NCBI GenBank assembly: GCA_965235115.1
Contig: OZ249437.1
Coordinates: 3,286,001 to 3,350,000, forward strand
Origin: Laetmonice hystrix
Lineage: Eukaryota
Length of the DNA stretch: 64,000 nt
Direction: 5' to 3'
Shown here: positions 38,037 to 50,670 of the stretch, piece by piece
Layout: each line of letters starts with the position of its first letter
How positions within the stretch are numbered: position 1 is the first letter of the stretch
Position numbers and translations under genes: made by a program
The notes under the pieces: generated by a model
Seen by the model: only the letters and a program-made list of their open reading frames with translations
What the model was told of the DNA's origin: nothing
Databases searched by the model: none

Positions 38037-40543
38037 AGCAATCCAGCCCCCCCCCCCCCAATCCGCTCATCTACATAAAGTATACTGTGTTTAATAAATT
38101 AATTCCATGAAATTTGGAGGCAATCAGAACCTAACCTTAGAAGGGGATAGCTGATCGGTTGGCTGTTGGAACCAGCAGGTTTGCACATATTTCTATAGCC
38201 GACATACAAGTTTCATAACCTAACACGTGGGGAAATGCGCTATACTACAGTTCCCTTTATTCTGATGCAGGAACGTGGGCTTTTTGACAGTAGTGACGCG
38301 TTTACGATTCCCTCCTCTCCTCCTCTGCCAAGCACCCACGCCCGCGGACGAACCCGAACTGGGCTGGGCCCCCAAAACATAAACAAACTGAAGATGGAGG
38401 GGTGTGGGGTGTGGGGGGCTGCTGAACCGGTTTCACGCTGTATTACTACACGTGGATTGCAGAAGGCAGAGACTACAAAACCGACGTACTAAATTCCAAC
38501 TCTTGTTTTGGCACACTCGTGGCCATGGCAGCTTCATCTGAGCGTGCTGCCCACGCTGCGAGTCAGAATCCAAAGACCACGATTCCAGAATTTTGGAAAC
38601 TCTTTTCCTCTATTATAGTGGAATGACTTGAAGTTGGAATCCTTGAAATGTTCCCTTTGAATGCCGTTTTATGGCAGATCCCTATTGAAGCAGCTCCCCT
38701 CCCTATCCTGTCTACATGGGCCACGTGGCATGGCAGACAGCACAGCCATGGCACAGGCAGTTTGTGAAGATGGATGCCATGCAGCAGCCCAACAACTATA
38801 TCAGGACCGTCAGAACAGTTGGATCAATTGTTTAGAGGTAAAAGTATAGAACCTAATTAACTCAACTTGATAGGATAATATCGTCATGTTTTGTCGGACC
38901 TTGCCATTGACATATACACCTGCCAGATGTCCCATTACATTACATGTATTACATGTAGTAACACTTCAAACGCAAACATCTAAGGTGTGAAATGCCACCA
39001 CAGCTCCGTACGACAGGGCTGTTTATTGTACCATCGTCGGTCGGCATCACACAATTTCAGGAAGGTAGTTTTATAGTTTAGAGTGCTGTTTGATACAACA
39101 GTTTACAATTAGAAGGATGCAAGAGACCATGATTGTATACATAATTAAAGGCCAATAGTCCCTTCAAACTTGATCTACAAAACGGTGGTCAAGAAATCTA
39201 TCAGCCTTTATTTATCAAATTCCATGACCTTTTAGCGTTGCTCCCTGAGTCACTGTCATCGTAGGCCTTCATAGTATCCCCAGTGTGGAATCACCAGCCT
39301 GTAGGTCGACGCGTGCACGCCGACTCGCCCGCCGGACAGCGCTGAGCTGTGCTGCCGAGTTCATGTGCTCCCCCTCCCCTCGCCCCCCGGCAGAACGTCC
39401 TGCACACAAGGGGAAAGGTCCCTCTGTCTAGGAAATGACTAGATCCTGATCTTGCCGTCACGTTCTAAATAACATGAACTGTGGATGTTTTTATCTCCAT
39501 TCAAATATCTCTCGAATCCCGCTGACGTTTTGGGCTTATGTGTGTGTGTTAAAAAAAGGTCTACTCGCTCTGATTCTGAGTGACTAATAACGTAACCCGG
39601 TATAGAGGCTAGGCGGCATACGATGACTCTGTATGGGCTAATAGGATCCTGGTATAATCTTCAGTGTTAAATCCTGGAAATCACGAATATGGTAAACTAA
39701 CTCATCATGGCAAACGTCTTTTACTATACGACTCGGTGTTTATAGGGGGCGTAACGAATAGCCTATGGTTAGATCGGCTCGAACACTATAAAATAATAGG
39801 CGATAGGCCTATCTACCAGGCCCTGGTCCAGTTACATTTAACTCAAGAAGCCTTAATCGTGTCCAACTCTGCAACAAATGGGTCCTGCTGATCATGTCAA
39901 AACGGGTCGTTAAATACTGCGGGATGCACTCACCTCGTATCTTGGGGTGCTACAGCGGGTTTCACTGGAGCAAAATGAGATGGCTCCTCGACGGCCGAGA
40001 ACACTGGCAGGGACCTGGCGATCTAGCGGCAAGCATGGCAGGCAGGGCCCGTCGTAAGGCGGACTCCCAGCCCTGTAATCCATGCTCGTCAAGATAATCT
40101 GACACACTAGGAGGAAAGAATCCTTCTTGTCCAAGTCCAACTGCTTCGTTGTCTGATGTTTCTGACCAGGTCACACATTCGTAGGATAATCCCTCCATTC
40201 ACAAACCAGACCACGTTCTCCTGGGGTATGCCCACGTTTCTCGTGAACCCTATGCTTACCAGGGACCCACCCCACAGCCGTGGGATCCCAGCCCGAGCCA
40301 GCTGCCATGTGGACTCGTCCATTTCAAATGGTAGGGGTGGAAGCATCGTACGGTGCCTGACCCAGTTTTCACCAGGACAACTACGACAGTTTGTCCGGCC
40401 AGTCGGACGAGACGAACAAATGGACGTCAGCAGTCCAGTTATACCTGGTACCGTACCGGAGTCCAGGCGGCCCCAGGATTTACGGTTTGACACATTTTAA
40501 CTCTTATTTACTTAGAGATATACCTCTAATTAACGTTTTCTTA

Positions 40544-41103
40544 TTGGCGATTTGGTGGGGACTACTCAGTAGCAGTCAGACCTGTGCGGATCCAGCTTTT
40601 TCCGTTAGGGGGGGGGGGGGGTTTCAACGTGTTTAGTGGCGACACAATCGTGACTGTACGAGCGCCGAAGGCGCGAAGCCTTCCTCGGGGGGTCCGGGTA
40701 TGCCCCCCGAAAAATGTTGAAATTCAAGGTGTAATTTGTTGCATTTTGGAGCACAAAATAAGCTATTCAATGATCAATGTGACCAAGGCAAGGGCAAAAG
40801 GGCCTCCTCAAGTGCAACAGCAACTTTGGCGATTTGGTGGGGACTACTCAGTAGCCGTCAGACCTGTGCGGATCCAGCTTTTTCCGTTAGGGGGGGGGGG
40901 GTCAACGTGTTTAGTGGCGACAAACTGTACGAGCGCCGAGGGCGCGAAGCCTTCCTAGGGGGGTCCGGGGGCATGCCCCCCGAAAAATTTTGAAATTCAC
41001 GGAGTAATTTGTTGCATTTTGGAGCACAAAATAAACTATTCAATGACCAATGTGTCCAAGGCAAGGGCAAAAGGGCCTCCTCAAGTGCAACAGCAACTTT
41101 GGC
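40544..41103. repeat. Tandem duplication of an about 280-bp segment containing a MITE-like fragment
   Basis: Copies start at 40544 and 40826; ttggc at each boundary; includes ggggggtccgggggcatgccccccgaaaattttgaaatt. Confidence 0.88.
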
Positions 41104-42137
41104 TATACATGAAACCATGCCGAGCGTAGCGAGGCAATAAAAAATTTAGGTGGTTTTTATCTTGCGACTGAACCCCCTGAACCCCCCCTCCCCCCCCGGG
41201 TCCGCCAGTGGCAGTCCCCACCAAAATCCCGGATTTGGGGATGTCCCCGGGAGGGATTATCCAGGGATCTACGTTAGGAAGACGAGTCCCCAGGATTTCC
41301 AAAGGGTGGGTTGGGACTTTAGAGGGGCACTTGCATGGTCAGCACAGAGCTACCTGAAGAACAAATGACACCCCCATATTAATTTAGGGCAGAATATGTG
41401 TTTTTTCCCCCAAAATTGGCTCCGTCGTAGACACAGTATCCGTCTCTGTACTACCGTATACAGAGACGGACGCCACTTAGTGCAAGTTCCTGGTGTGTTC
41501 GGTCAAATCAACAGACAACCATGAAAACCCCTCCCCTGCCCAGATGTCTGGACTGAATATTGATAAACACGCTTAAAGTAACTTATCTCACTTATTTCCA
41601 AGTTTGTAAAGCACGACGAGACATAATAAGGTCAGCACAAAGTCTGGAATCGATGAATATCGCTCTCTGCCTATCGCGGCCATTTTGACCTCCCGGGTCA
41701 GGGAGTAACCTGGTACCCTTCCTAACAGACGCGTCCGCAATGTTACGACATACGTAGAGCAGGGAACCTTGCTAGGTCAGAGAGATGCATGCTGGGACAT
41801 AAACAGGCAACGGAAGCCGCAGCTGTACGACACTTCGGAATTTGATGTTTTATCCTTAAAATACGTTGCCCGTGATAAATGGATGCCGGTGAGTTGATCG
41901 GTACATGAATTTGCGCTGCCAGTGACACACCAATTTTTAACATTGAGTGGTCGTAAGCCTCACTGGATGAGGCTTACTACGTAGGCTAGCTCCGTCGCTG
42001 CTGAAAAAGAAAGGAATTAGACCTACAGGAAAAACTCAAACTATCAATATAAGGGTGTTCAGCATGAACAAGCTTGTTCCTACCTACAATCCTGTGATGG
42101 TCTGATCTTTAATAAAGGAATAATCAACTGAAATGTG

Positions 42138-42421
42138 CAGGCACGTGTCCGGGATTTTCAGCAGGGGAGGGGGGGGGGTCTCAGATTATTAATTTTTAAT
42201 TAGAAGCTCTGAAACGCGATTCCCGCCATTTAGGAGTCATTTTAGGGCATTCTATTTTCTAGATTCATCGATCAACAGGTTCAAAACGGCGGAAATGCTT
42301 AGGAAAAAAATCGCTGAACGGGTTCAAAACGGCGGGAATGCTTAGAAAAAATCTATGCTCTGTGGGAGCGGGGGGGGGGGGCTGGACCTCCCCCCCCCCC
42401 CGCCCTCTGGACACGCGCCTG
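42138..42421. mobile_element. MITE with CAGGC-type TIRs
   Basis: caggcacgtgtccgg / ctggacacgcgcctg; interrupts a Kolobok-type element. Confidence 0.7.
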
Positions 42422-42768
42422 ATGTAGCTAGGCATTCTACCGCTGGCTTCGTCTGCTTGTCTGCCCTACTTGTTCACGAATTGTTATGTGGCCGCCAGGC
42501 GGAACGAACCACGCAGATTTCCAGCCAGGGTGCCGCTATTTACGTCCCACTGCGATTCTACTTTTACCAGAAACATGCCCATGATGGCGGCAGATTCCTT
42601 GACGATTTCAGATAGGGTTGCAAACGATAGCCGCACACAAACTCTGTATAAATTTGTTAACATGCCCCAATAAGGGTGTGAAGAGAGAGGCCGGTAGGAG
42701 TACACAGTCAGTAGTGCAGTCGTAGTGAGAGAGTGAATGTCCGATGAAGCCAGTGGCGGCGTCAGTAA

Positions 42769-42965
42769 AGCCGCTTTCACATGCATACGGTGTGCGGCGT
42801 GCGGCATGCGGCGTGCGTTTTTGTTAATAATGTAGCCAATGTAAATCGCCGCACGCCGCAAACCGGAGACATGTGAACGGTTATATCTATTTTCAGTTGT
42901 TCCATTTTTGCAAAAACGCACGCCGCACACCGCACACCGCAAACCGTGTGCATGTGAAAGCGGCT
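42769..42965. mobile_element. PIF/Harbinger-type MITE, copy 1
   Basis: TIR agccgctttcacatgca / tgcatgtgaaagcggct with TAA on both sides. Confidence 0.8.
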
Positions 42966-43008
42966 TAACGCGTGGGAAAATCCATACGGTATTTTTAAAA
43001 GTCGCCTG

Positions 43009-43185
43009 AGCCGCTTTCACATGCATACGGTGTGCGGCGTGCGGCGTGCGTTTTTGTTAATAATGTAGCCAATGTAAATCGCCGCACACCGCAAACCGGG
43101 GGCATGTGAACGGTTATTTTCAGTTGTTTCATTTCTGCAAAAACGCACGCCGCACGCCGCAAACCGTGTGCATGTGAAAGTGGCT
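43009..43185. mobile_element. PIF/Harbinger-type MITE, copy 2
   Basis: Same TIR and internal sequence as 42769..42965. Confidence 0.78.
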
Positions 43186-43750
43186 TGAACAGACAGCGTT
43201 TCACTTATCGTCGCGACCTTAGACACTTCACATGGTGTTACTGGTATTCAAAGGTACGTTAGTGAGGAACTTTGCCTGCCTCTTTAAGGCAACAAAACGG
43301 ATTTCTGTGGGGGTGAGTTTTGTCAATATTTTTGACGCAAACCCCCAAAAGATTTTTCTTAGACAGAACAAAAGGCCTGCGGCAGCAACTCTATTGTCTA
43401 GAGACATGCAGACGTCCGTTTGTCATGACGACGAAGCACATGGGTCTATAATAAGCAAGCAATCTGATGACCTGTTGACCTCCGTTTTCACACCTGAAGT
43501 CTATCCCCCCGGGTAACTTCGACCCCACGAAATTGTCGGAAGTAAAGATCCATAGCCCTGACCTTATCCCTAACTCCTCACCTCGCTCCCTACACCTCCC
43601 AAAGACATAAAACTCGAGTTACCTCTGTCGGCCTATCTTCAAGTACCGGAGGGGGCGCCGAGGGGTCAGAGGCTATAGCTACAGGTCAGTTCGGGCTAAT
43701 GCCTCCCATCGCATGCTTTGAATGTCCCCTCGCCCGTGCTGCCGATTGGG

Positions 43751-44268
43751 TTATCATAGGCGGGGCACTTAACCTGTGCCTGTTATCATAGGCCGGGCAC
43801 TTAACCTGTGCCTGTTATCATATAGGCGGGCATTTAACCTGTGCCTATTATCATATGCGGGCGTTTAACCTGTGCCTATTATTATAGGCCGGGCGCTTAA
43901 CCTGTGCCTATTATCATAGGCCGGGCACTTAACCTATGCCTGTTATCATAGGCCGGGCACTTAACCTATGCCTGTTATCATAGGCCGGGCACTTAACCTA
44001 TGCCTGTTATCATAGGCCGGGCACTTAACCTATGCCTGTTATCATAGGCCGGGCACTTAACCTGTGCCTGTTATCATAGGCCGGGCACTTAACCTATGCC
44101 TGTTATCATAGGCCGGACATTTAACCTGTGCCTGTTATCATAGGCCGGGCGTTTAACCCGTGCCTATTATCATATGCGGACGTTTAACCTGTGCCTATTA
44201 TTATAGGCCGGGCGCTTAACCTGTGCCTATTATTATAGGCCGGGCGCTTAACCTGTGCCTATTATCAT
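43751..44268. repeat. Minisatellite, 32-bp unit
   Basis: Unit ttatcataggccgggcacttaacctgtgcctg. Confidence 0.95.
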
Positions 44269-44363
44269 TCTCGACAGATTTTTATGACGACTTAGGCAGC
44301 GACCTAAATAGTATGGAGCCCTATTGGGGACATGATGAAAACAAAATCGTTTTAGAGAAAACA

Positions 44364-44749
44364 TTTTGTAGTGATCTCGAAATTACCACTTAGTGGCGTC
44401 ATAAACTCTTTTTTTTCTCTGAAACGAACGCGATTAACTCGTAATATCGACTTAGTGACGTCATTAACTCGTTATTACAACTTAATGACGTCACTAAGTG
44501 GTAATTTCGAGTTAATCGCGTTCGTTTCAGAGAAAAGATTTTGTGGTGATCTCGAAATTACCATTTAGTGACGTCATCAAGTCGTAATAACGAGTTAATG
44601 ACGTCACTAAGTCGTTATTACGAGTTAATCGCGTTCGTTGAAGAGAAAAAATTTGGTGGTGATGTCGAAATTACCATTTAGTGACGTCATTAAGTCGTAA
44701 TAACGAGTTGATGACGTCACTAAGTGGTAATTTCGAGATCACCACAAAA
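44364..44749. repeat. Compound inverted/direct repeat, probably transposon-derived
   Basis: Ends gtgatctcgaaattaccacttagtg / cactaagtggtaatttcgagatcac; internal units repeated in both orientations. Confidence 0.75.
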
Positions 44750-45886
44750 TTTTGTCTCTCCGTAAAATTTCCCCGATTTACCGAAAACGATCGAACCCGA
44801 CCGTGGCAACTACCGACGTCTAGATGTCAATGAAGTGGGCCAGTTTCGGCAGGAACGTCAACAAGCCGGGGTAAAAGGTAAATTTGTCACCGTCCTGGAA
44901 GCGACAATGAGGTAGATCGTTGTAATCTGATATATTGCTGTGCAGACGACAGGTTATAGTCAGAAATGTACCACACCAGCAAGTCTGTATGCACTCGGCT
45001 CCCCGTCGACTAACTTCGTCATGTCTCGGCTGTACGACGGGGGTCGCCATGTTGGGGGTGCGGGGGTGGGTGGCTAGGTCAGAATCAGTGGCCCGGATGC
45101 TGACAAACACCAACTCGCGCAGTGCCGCCGTGCCGAAAATGGAGAACTCCCCACTTAATTAGACTGTGTCGGACTTTACAGAGTAAGAATATCTGGTTTG
45201 GTCGCAGGTGAAGAATAGACTGTTTTGTTTCCCCCAGTAGAAAATTTGAGAAGGATAGGCATGATGAGAAATTAAATTTGAACTATGTGCCTGTGCGTAG
45301 GGGGAAATTCGACGTTGGGCCAACATCAGCGCTGACGTTGGGGCAACGTCAAACAACAACGTGGGCCCAACGTAATTTTGTCCATTGGTCCAACGTTCGT
45401 CAGCAAAACGTAGCCTACTTGCCAACGTTAGGCCAACGTCAGAGTCGAGGCTTGGTTCGCCTTCGGATATGCCCCAGGAACAACCAATCGGAAGCAGCGT
45501 CGGTGCTCCGAGTGGGGAAGTCTGGTCACCAGAGGCTCCGGAAGGCAGCCTAGCTAAGTCGAGCGTCGTCGTGGTTCAAGACAGACCAGAGCAGATACGA
45601 AATGGAAAGTCAGGCGAGAGTTAAGAGAGTTAAGCCCGCCGGATTGCATTAGGAATACCTAACGTACCTGGGTATGCAGGTACGTTAGGTATTCCACTTC
45701 AGTAGCAGTGCAACGGTTTATAGGGAAATCGCTTGTTACGACTCAAACAACGACGTTTGAAATCACCGGGCATGGGCCTAACTTAGACTTTTGGGTAGGC
45801 CTACTGGTGAGCCTTGGAGGCTCTTCTTTATCCCAAAGCCTCAGTGCATGTATATCCACCTGAGATTACGCTAGAAATAACATTAA

Positions 45887-46230
45887 AGGGAATAGAAATA
45901 TTCCTCACTAACGTACCTTTGAACACCAGTAACACCATATAAAGTGTCTAAGGTCACACCGATAAGTGGAACACTGTCAATGGCGACTTTTTAAAAATAC
46001 CGCCCGGGTCATTCGCTATTTCCCACGCGAGACAGCGGGAGCTATATCTATTAATAGATTGAGATAAGGGCCAAATAGGGGAAACAAACGGACGAAGCCA
46101 GCGGGAGAATGTCTCAACATTTCGGTTGATATTCCTTTATTAAAGATCAGATAATCACAGAATGTAGGTAAGAACAAGCTTGTTCATGCTGAACACCCTT
46201 CTATTGATAGTTTGAACTTTTCTATTCCCT
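45887..46230. mobile_element. Kolobok-type MITE, intact
   Basis: TIRs agggaatagaaa / tttctattccct with TTAA on both sides; a decayed inverted copy lies at about 42010..43290. Confidence 0.82.
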
Positions 46231-48076
46231 TTAACCGGCATAGAATAATGATCAAAACACCGCTGGTTCCTCATGTGCCGATGCGCCATCTGTTGGTTTT
46301 TGCAAGAACCCTGATCTTTACGCGATTTCAGGAAGTGTGGACTTGTAGTTCAATGTCGAAACACAAGGTGGAGGTAGGTATTATCAGTAGCAGGGCCCTC
46401 TGGCGAGTGAGTCGTAACATTCGATTGGTGCCATCCACTAGGGGGAGCTTCGGTTGTAGACGGAAAATGCAGGTTGAATCAGTGAGTCTGCTGAGCTTGG
46501 TGGAGCCTATGCATGGCGGTGATCATCGCCGAGAACGAGAACTCCGGCTCAAGCTCAGAAATACTGAATGTTCAGGGCCAGCCGCACAGAAGGTGCTGAT
46601 AGTGTGGGTTTTGATACTGGCCACTAAAACCCAATTGCTATCAGTGTATTGATAGTGATGCTGATAGCACTATCTGTGCGGCCGGCACAGGTTGGTAGTG
46701 ATCGTGCTCAGGTAGGCCTACAGTCAGTGGGGCGATGGGCCGACGTATAGGCCTAGATCTATGCTCGTAGGCCTAGGCCTATAGTAGGCTATGTGAGATT
46801 TATTTTGGTAATCCACAATAATTACGAGATGTGTCGAATGGAAACGTGTAGAAACTGGCGCCACCTGTCTCAGACGAGTTTCGACAGTTTGCTGACCCCA
46901 CACAATAGGCCTAACCCCTTGCTCGTTGTGTGACCGTGACAACTGCTGCCAGTGCTGGCCGCCCGCTCTTGTGTTTGACACAGAATGACGTAATGTCACG
47001 TGATTGTGACGGAAATGTCCGAATAGCGACCGAGTCAGTGTATATATTCGTTTTTATTGACAATTAAACCCTTAGGGCACCATTTAGTCACGTGAATTCA
47101 CATACACGTACACTTTAAACGGTGTCTGGTAACCTTTGCTCTACATATAGTGAAAACGTGACAACCATCGCCACTTTATGAACAGAATTGTATTTTTCCC
47201 TTCATCCTTTTAGGCCTTGGTACTTTTCAATATTTTTCACAATGTGTCCCTTTAAATCCTTCAAACGGCGTAGGCTGTGGTACGCATATAGTAACCACAG
47301 TGGACTACATGTGTAGGCCTATAATATTGAGACAGGCAATGAGCAGTGTGCCGGATTATACAGCGGGATGGGCCCCCTCCCCCGCCCCCTACCGCCCCCT
47401 CCCCCGCCCCTCCCGTACCGTGCCGGAGACCAGGGAGCGGGGCACCGTCTGCTCCGAGTATCGTTATCGGTGTGATTGCCCGGTATGAGCCCATCAAACG
47501 ACCCGCCTGCTTGACAACTCAGACTGACCAATACAACCCGACCGTCCGACCAGAGTCCAATCTCTTCACGGGCACCACAGGATCCAGCACAACGATCAAC
47601 TATAACTTCAAGAGGTAGTTGATTTATTAATGGTGCAAGCTCACTCGGGGACGGTGTAACCTCGTACGACATTGATTTTGTTTACAAGTCGTATAGAGTT
47701 TGACAGGTTATATTATGTACATACTATAGGGTACTGATCAACGTGTTATACACGGTACGTGAAACTAGACTGGTTTAACCAACGCTGGTGGTCAGAGTAC
47801 AGCACGACTGGAGTATAGCCATGTCATGTGTAGTACAAGTATAGCCGCACACGTACGCTTGTATGGGAGTCTATACGTGTAGGATTACCTGTGTGGCAGC
47901 AAAGGATCATAGACTTGATATTTCGCTTTATGGTCATATAAAGCTGCCAAGAATCAAATGTCGAGATCAAACTTATGAATGTGGAAACAGGTCACCCGCT
48001 GGACATCCAGGACACACGTAGGGATATCTAGGGACAGTCGGTTTTAATAAAAGGATCAGGAAGGACGTAAGCGACC

Positions 48077-48517
48077 ATGGATTTATCAACAAGAGATGAC
48101 CGTGATTCAAACGGTGACGGGGTAGACGTGCAAAGGATCTCCAAACAATCGCTTCCGAACTTCGATCTGCAGCAACGATGCAGTCGCAAGGAACAAAAGT
48201 TCAACGCGACCGTCGTGGAGAATATCGCACGGGACGTCTTAGTGGAAAGGTTGCTTGACCGGAAATACGACCCCACTTCCTGTAAACAACTTAGTCAGGA
48301 ACTCGCTGCACAAATCATGGAACGACTGAAAGGTTTGTGCATTAAACGGTACAAAATGGTGGCTGTAGTCAGCATTGGAAGTCTGAGCGAGCGATCGGGA
48401 CTTGAGTTTGGTAGTCGGTGTTTGTGGAACCAATCTACAGACAGGTTTACCTCTGTCAAGTTTACGAACGGCTCGTTGTTTGCTGTGGCCATGTTGTATG
48501 GATTATATTACGTCTGA
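48077..48517 (+). CDS. Tctex-1 domain dynein light chain (TCTEX1D/DYNLT-like), single coding exon, 146 aa
   Basis: KFNATVVENIARDVL...YDPTSCKQLSQELAAQIMERLK...RYKMVAVVSIG...GLEFGSRCLWNQSTDRFTSVKFTNGSLFAVAMLYGLY matches the Tctex-1 pattern; Kozak-like gaccATGG; in-frame TAA upstream; AATAAA downstream near 48694. Confidence 0.92.
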   Translation: MDLSTRDDRDSNGDGVDVQRISKQSLPNFDLQQRCSRKEQKFNATVVENIARDVLVERLLDRKYDPTSCKQLSQELAAQIMERLKGLCIKRYKMVAVVSIGSLSERSGLEFGSRCLWNQSTDRFTSVKFTNGSLFAVAMLYGLYYV

Positions 48518-49130
48518 CCGCCTGGCTGCACGTGGTTCACGTCATCTGCACGTCGCTACACTCCACCGGACTATAGCATATTTCACACCTGAACAAACGG
48601 CTAAACGGCTTATTTTGTTGTGCTGTGTGTAAGACCGCCTTGTAATAACCGTACTTACAATAGGATACAAAGAGCGGCGACTTACCGTCACAGAATAAAA
48701 TCTTTGCCCATGTGCATATTTTAGTTGAAACGTCTCCTTTCATTTAGAACCCATAAATCTACCTAGACTTTTTACCCAGATACATACATTGTAATTTTAA
48801 TGTTTCCGTTGAATAAAAAAGGATTGTACATGTAGTTTAGTAAGAGCAAATCTTTTCATGACTGTCGACATGTTATGTATCACCTTGCATATTTATTAGT
48901 TTTTTGTTATGTGTGTGTGGCGAAAGAACGAAGAAAAAAAGGAAAACAGATCACGGCAGTATCATCCGGGCACAAGTATGTGCGCATGCATTGTACATAC
49001 GTCCCATATACATACGTACACGTTCAACGCTGTTTTTCAATTGTTTGACCTTTTTGTGTGTATCCACATATAAACGCAAAGAATGTTGGCTCACAATAAC
49101 GCGAAGAATTGTGTTAACGGCCATGTCTCA

Positions 49131-49398
49131 CGGTGGCCAATGCAACCACTGTATCCACCCTTGATCTCATGGTGGCCAATGCAACCACTGTATCCACCCT
49201 TGATCTCATGGTGGCCAATGCAACCACTGTATCCACCCTTGATCTCATGGTGGTCAATGCAACCACTGTATCCATCCTTGATCTCATGGTGGCCAATGCA
49301 ACCACTGTATCCACCCTTGATCTCATGGTGGCCAATGCAACCACTGTATCCACCCTTGATCTCATGGTGGCCAATGCAACCACTGTATCCACCCTTGA
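49131..49398. repeat. Minisatellite, 39-bp unit, about 7 copies
   Basis: Unit gtggccaatgcaaccactgtatccacccttgatctcatg. Confidence 0.95.
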
Positions 49399-50544
49399 TT
49401 GATGTTTCACTTTGCTCCTGTCGTGAAGGATTATATTATAGCATTGAATATAATATAGGCTATACAGTGGAATGAGTGGCGAGGTGCGGACATAGGACGG
49501 AGGACGGACATAGGGCAGACATAGGGTCGACATAGGATGGACATAGGATGGACATAGGATGGACATAGGACCGACATAGGACCGACATGCACGAAATGAC
49601 TGGCCAGTATCTGAACGCTAGAGGCCATCCTGTCAGATATGGTTGCTTGTGGGCGGATAAAATACGAGCTCTTAAAATACGAGTGTTTAGTGAAACGGGC
49701 CCCAGGTCCCCAGTTCTATATTGACTACGTATAAAAAAGCGGGGCATGGCGGGACTCGGGGCATGAAGGGACATGGCTCTAGCTCCTACACTTTCCATCA
49801 GATGGGGCTGGGATTCCCTATAGTTGTCACAGCCTTGATGGAAGACATATTGGTGTTGACGGATCCGAACGTCAGTCCCACATTTATCTGTAATCATCTA
49901 CAGACCTGAAATTCTTGGCACCCAAACTTCCGCCAGGTAAATACTTAACACCCCCTGAGTCTCTAGAACTAAGAATGACTGACTATTCTCACACCAACAG
50001 TTAGTGTGGGCATTATAGAGTAAACATTCATTACGTAGCTCGTGATGCATCATCTACTCTGGCGGGAAGGGGACATCTTTGTGACGTTGAGGGTGGGGCA
50101 TAATGGGACAGTGGCTTATGGGCCACAATGGGTAACTGTCCCATCATACCCCATGAGTAGTTAGCGCATGGGCATCCACGGAGGGGGGGGGGGGGGCAGG
50201 GCAATGGGGGCAGTCCCCCTGCATATTACGTCTGTGATTTGTGTCTGTAAACTGACTGTACCGGTCAGCCCCGACCCTGTGTTAACAGCGTCCCGTAATA
50301 CCCCGTACTCAAGGGGCACGATGGGACAGTGTTCAATTTTTAAAAAGTTGTGTTTTTTATTTCCTAGAAGTTAAAACTGTTCCTAATCAGAACTGGTAAT
50401 AAAGGTTGGTAGTAGGTATACTGCTGTACTATTTTCATGTTCCAGGTGGGTAACGATTTAAAAAAAAAACATTTGAAAAAGTGTGGCCCGTTATGCCCCG
50501 CTTTCCCTATTGAGCCTGGTGAGGGCTAATCGAAGCGAGCATTG

Positions 50545-50670
50545 TGATTGGCCCATCGAAAACATGGAGTCAAACGAGGTAGTTCCGTACCCTCCGTACC
50601 TATTTCTCCAACATGTCCAGAAATTCATGACGGGCGCCTTGCGCATGCGCAGTTCCAGCCCATTGGGCCC
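50545..50670. promoter_or_regulatory. Possible promoter element cluster (NRF1-like palindrome plus inverted CCAAT)
   Basis: tgcgcatgcgca at 50640..50651, gattgg and cattgg nearby; motif match only, target gene unknown. Confidence 0.3.

Noticed and set aside
4677-38070. Long repetitive ORFs (HRQPQLFSH, CSARTCC, PFTQPTGP, MSRESQEP types)
   Set aside because: They coincide with minisatellites, occur on both strands and in several frames, and shift frame with unit-length variants; no splice or domain support.
39962-40198. SAM-domain-like SVSDYLDEHGLQGWE on the minus strand
   Set aside because: Similarity does not continue through the remaining helices.
46212-46652. 146-aa ORF
   Set aside because: TTG start inside a MITE end; no domain or splice support.
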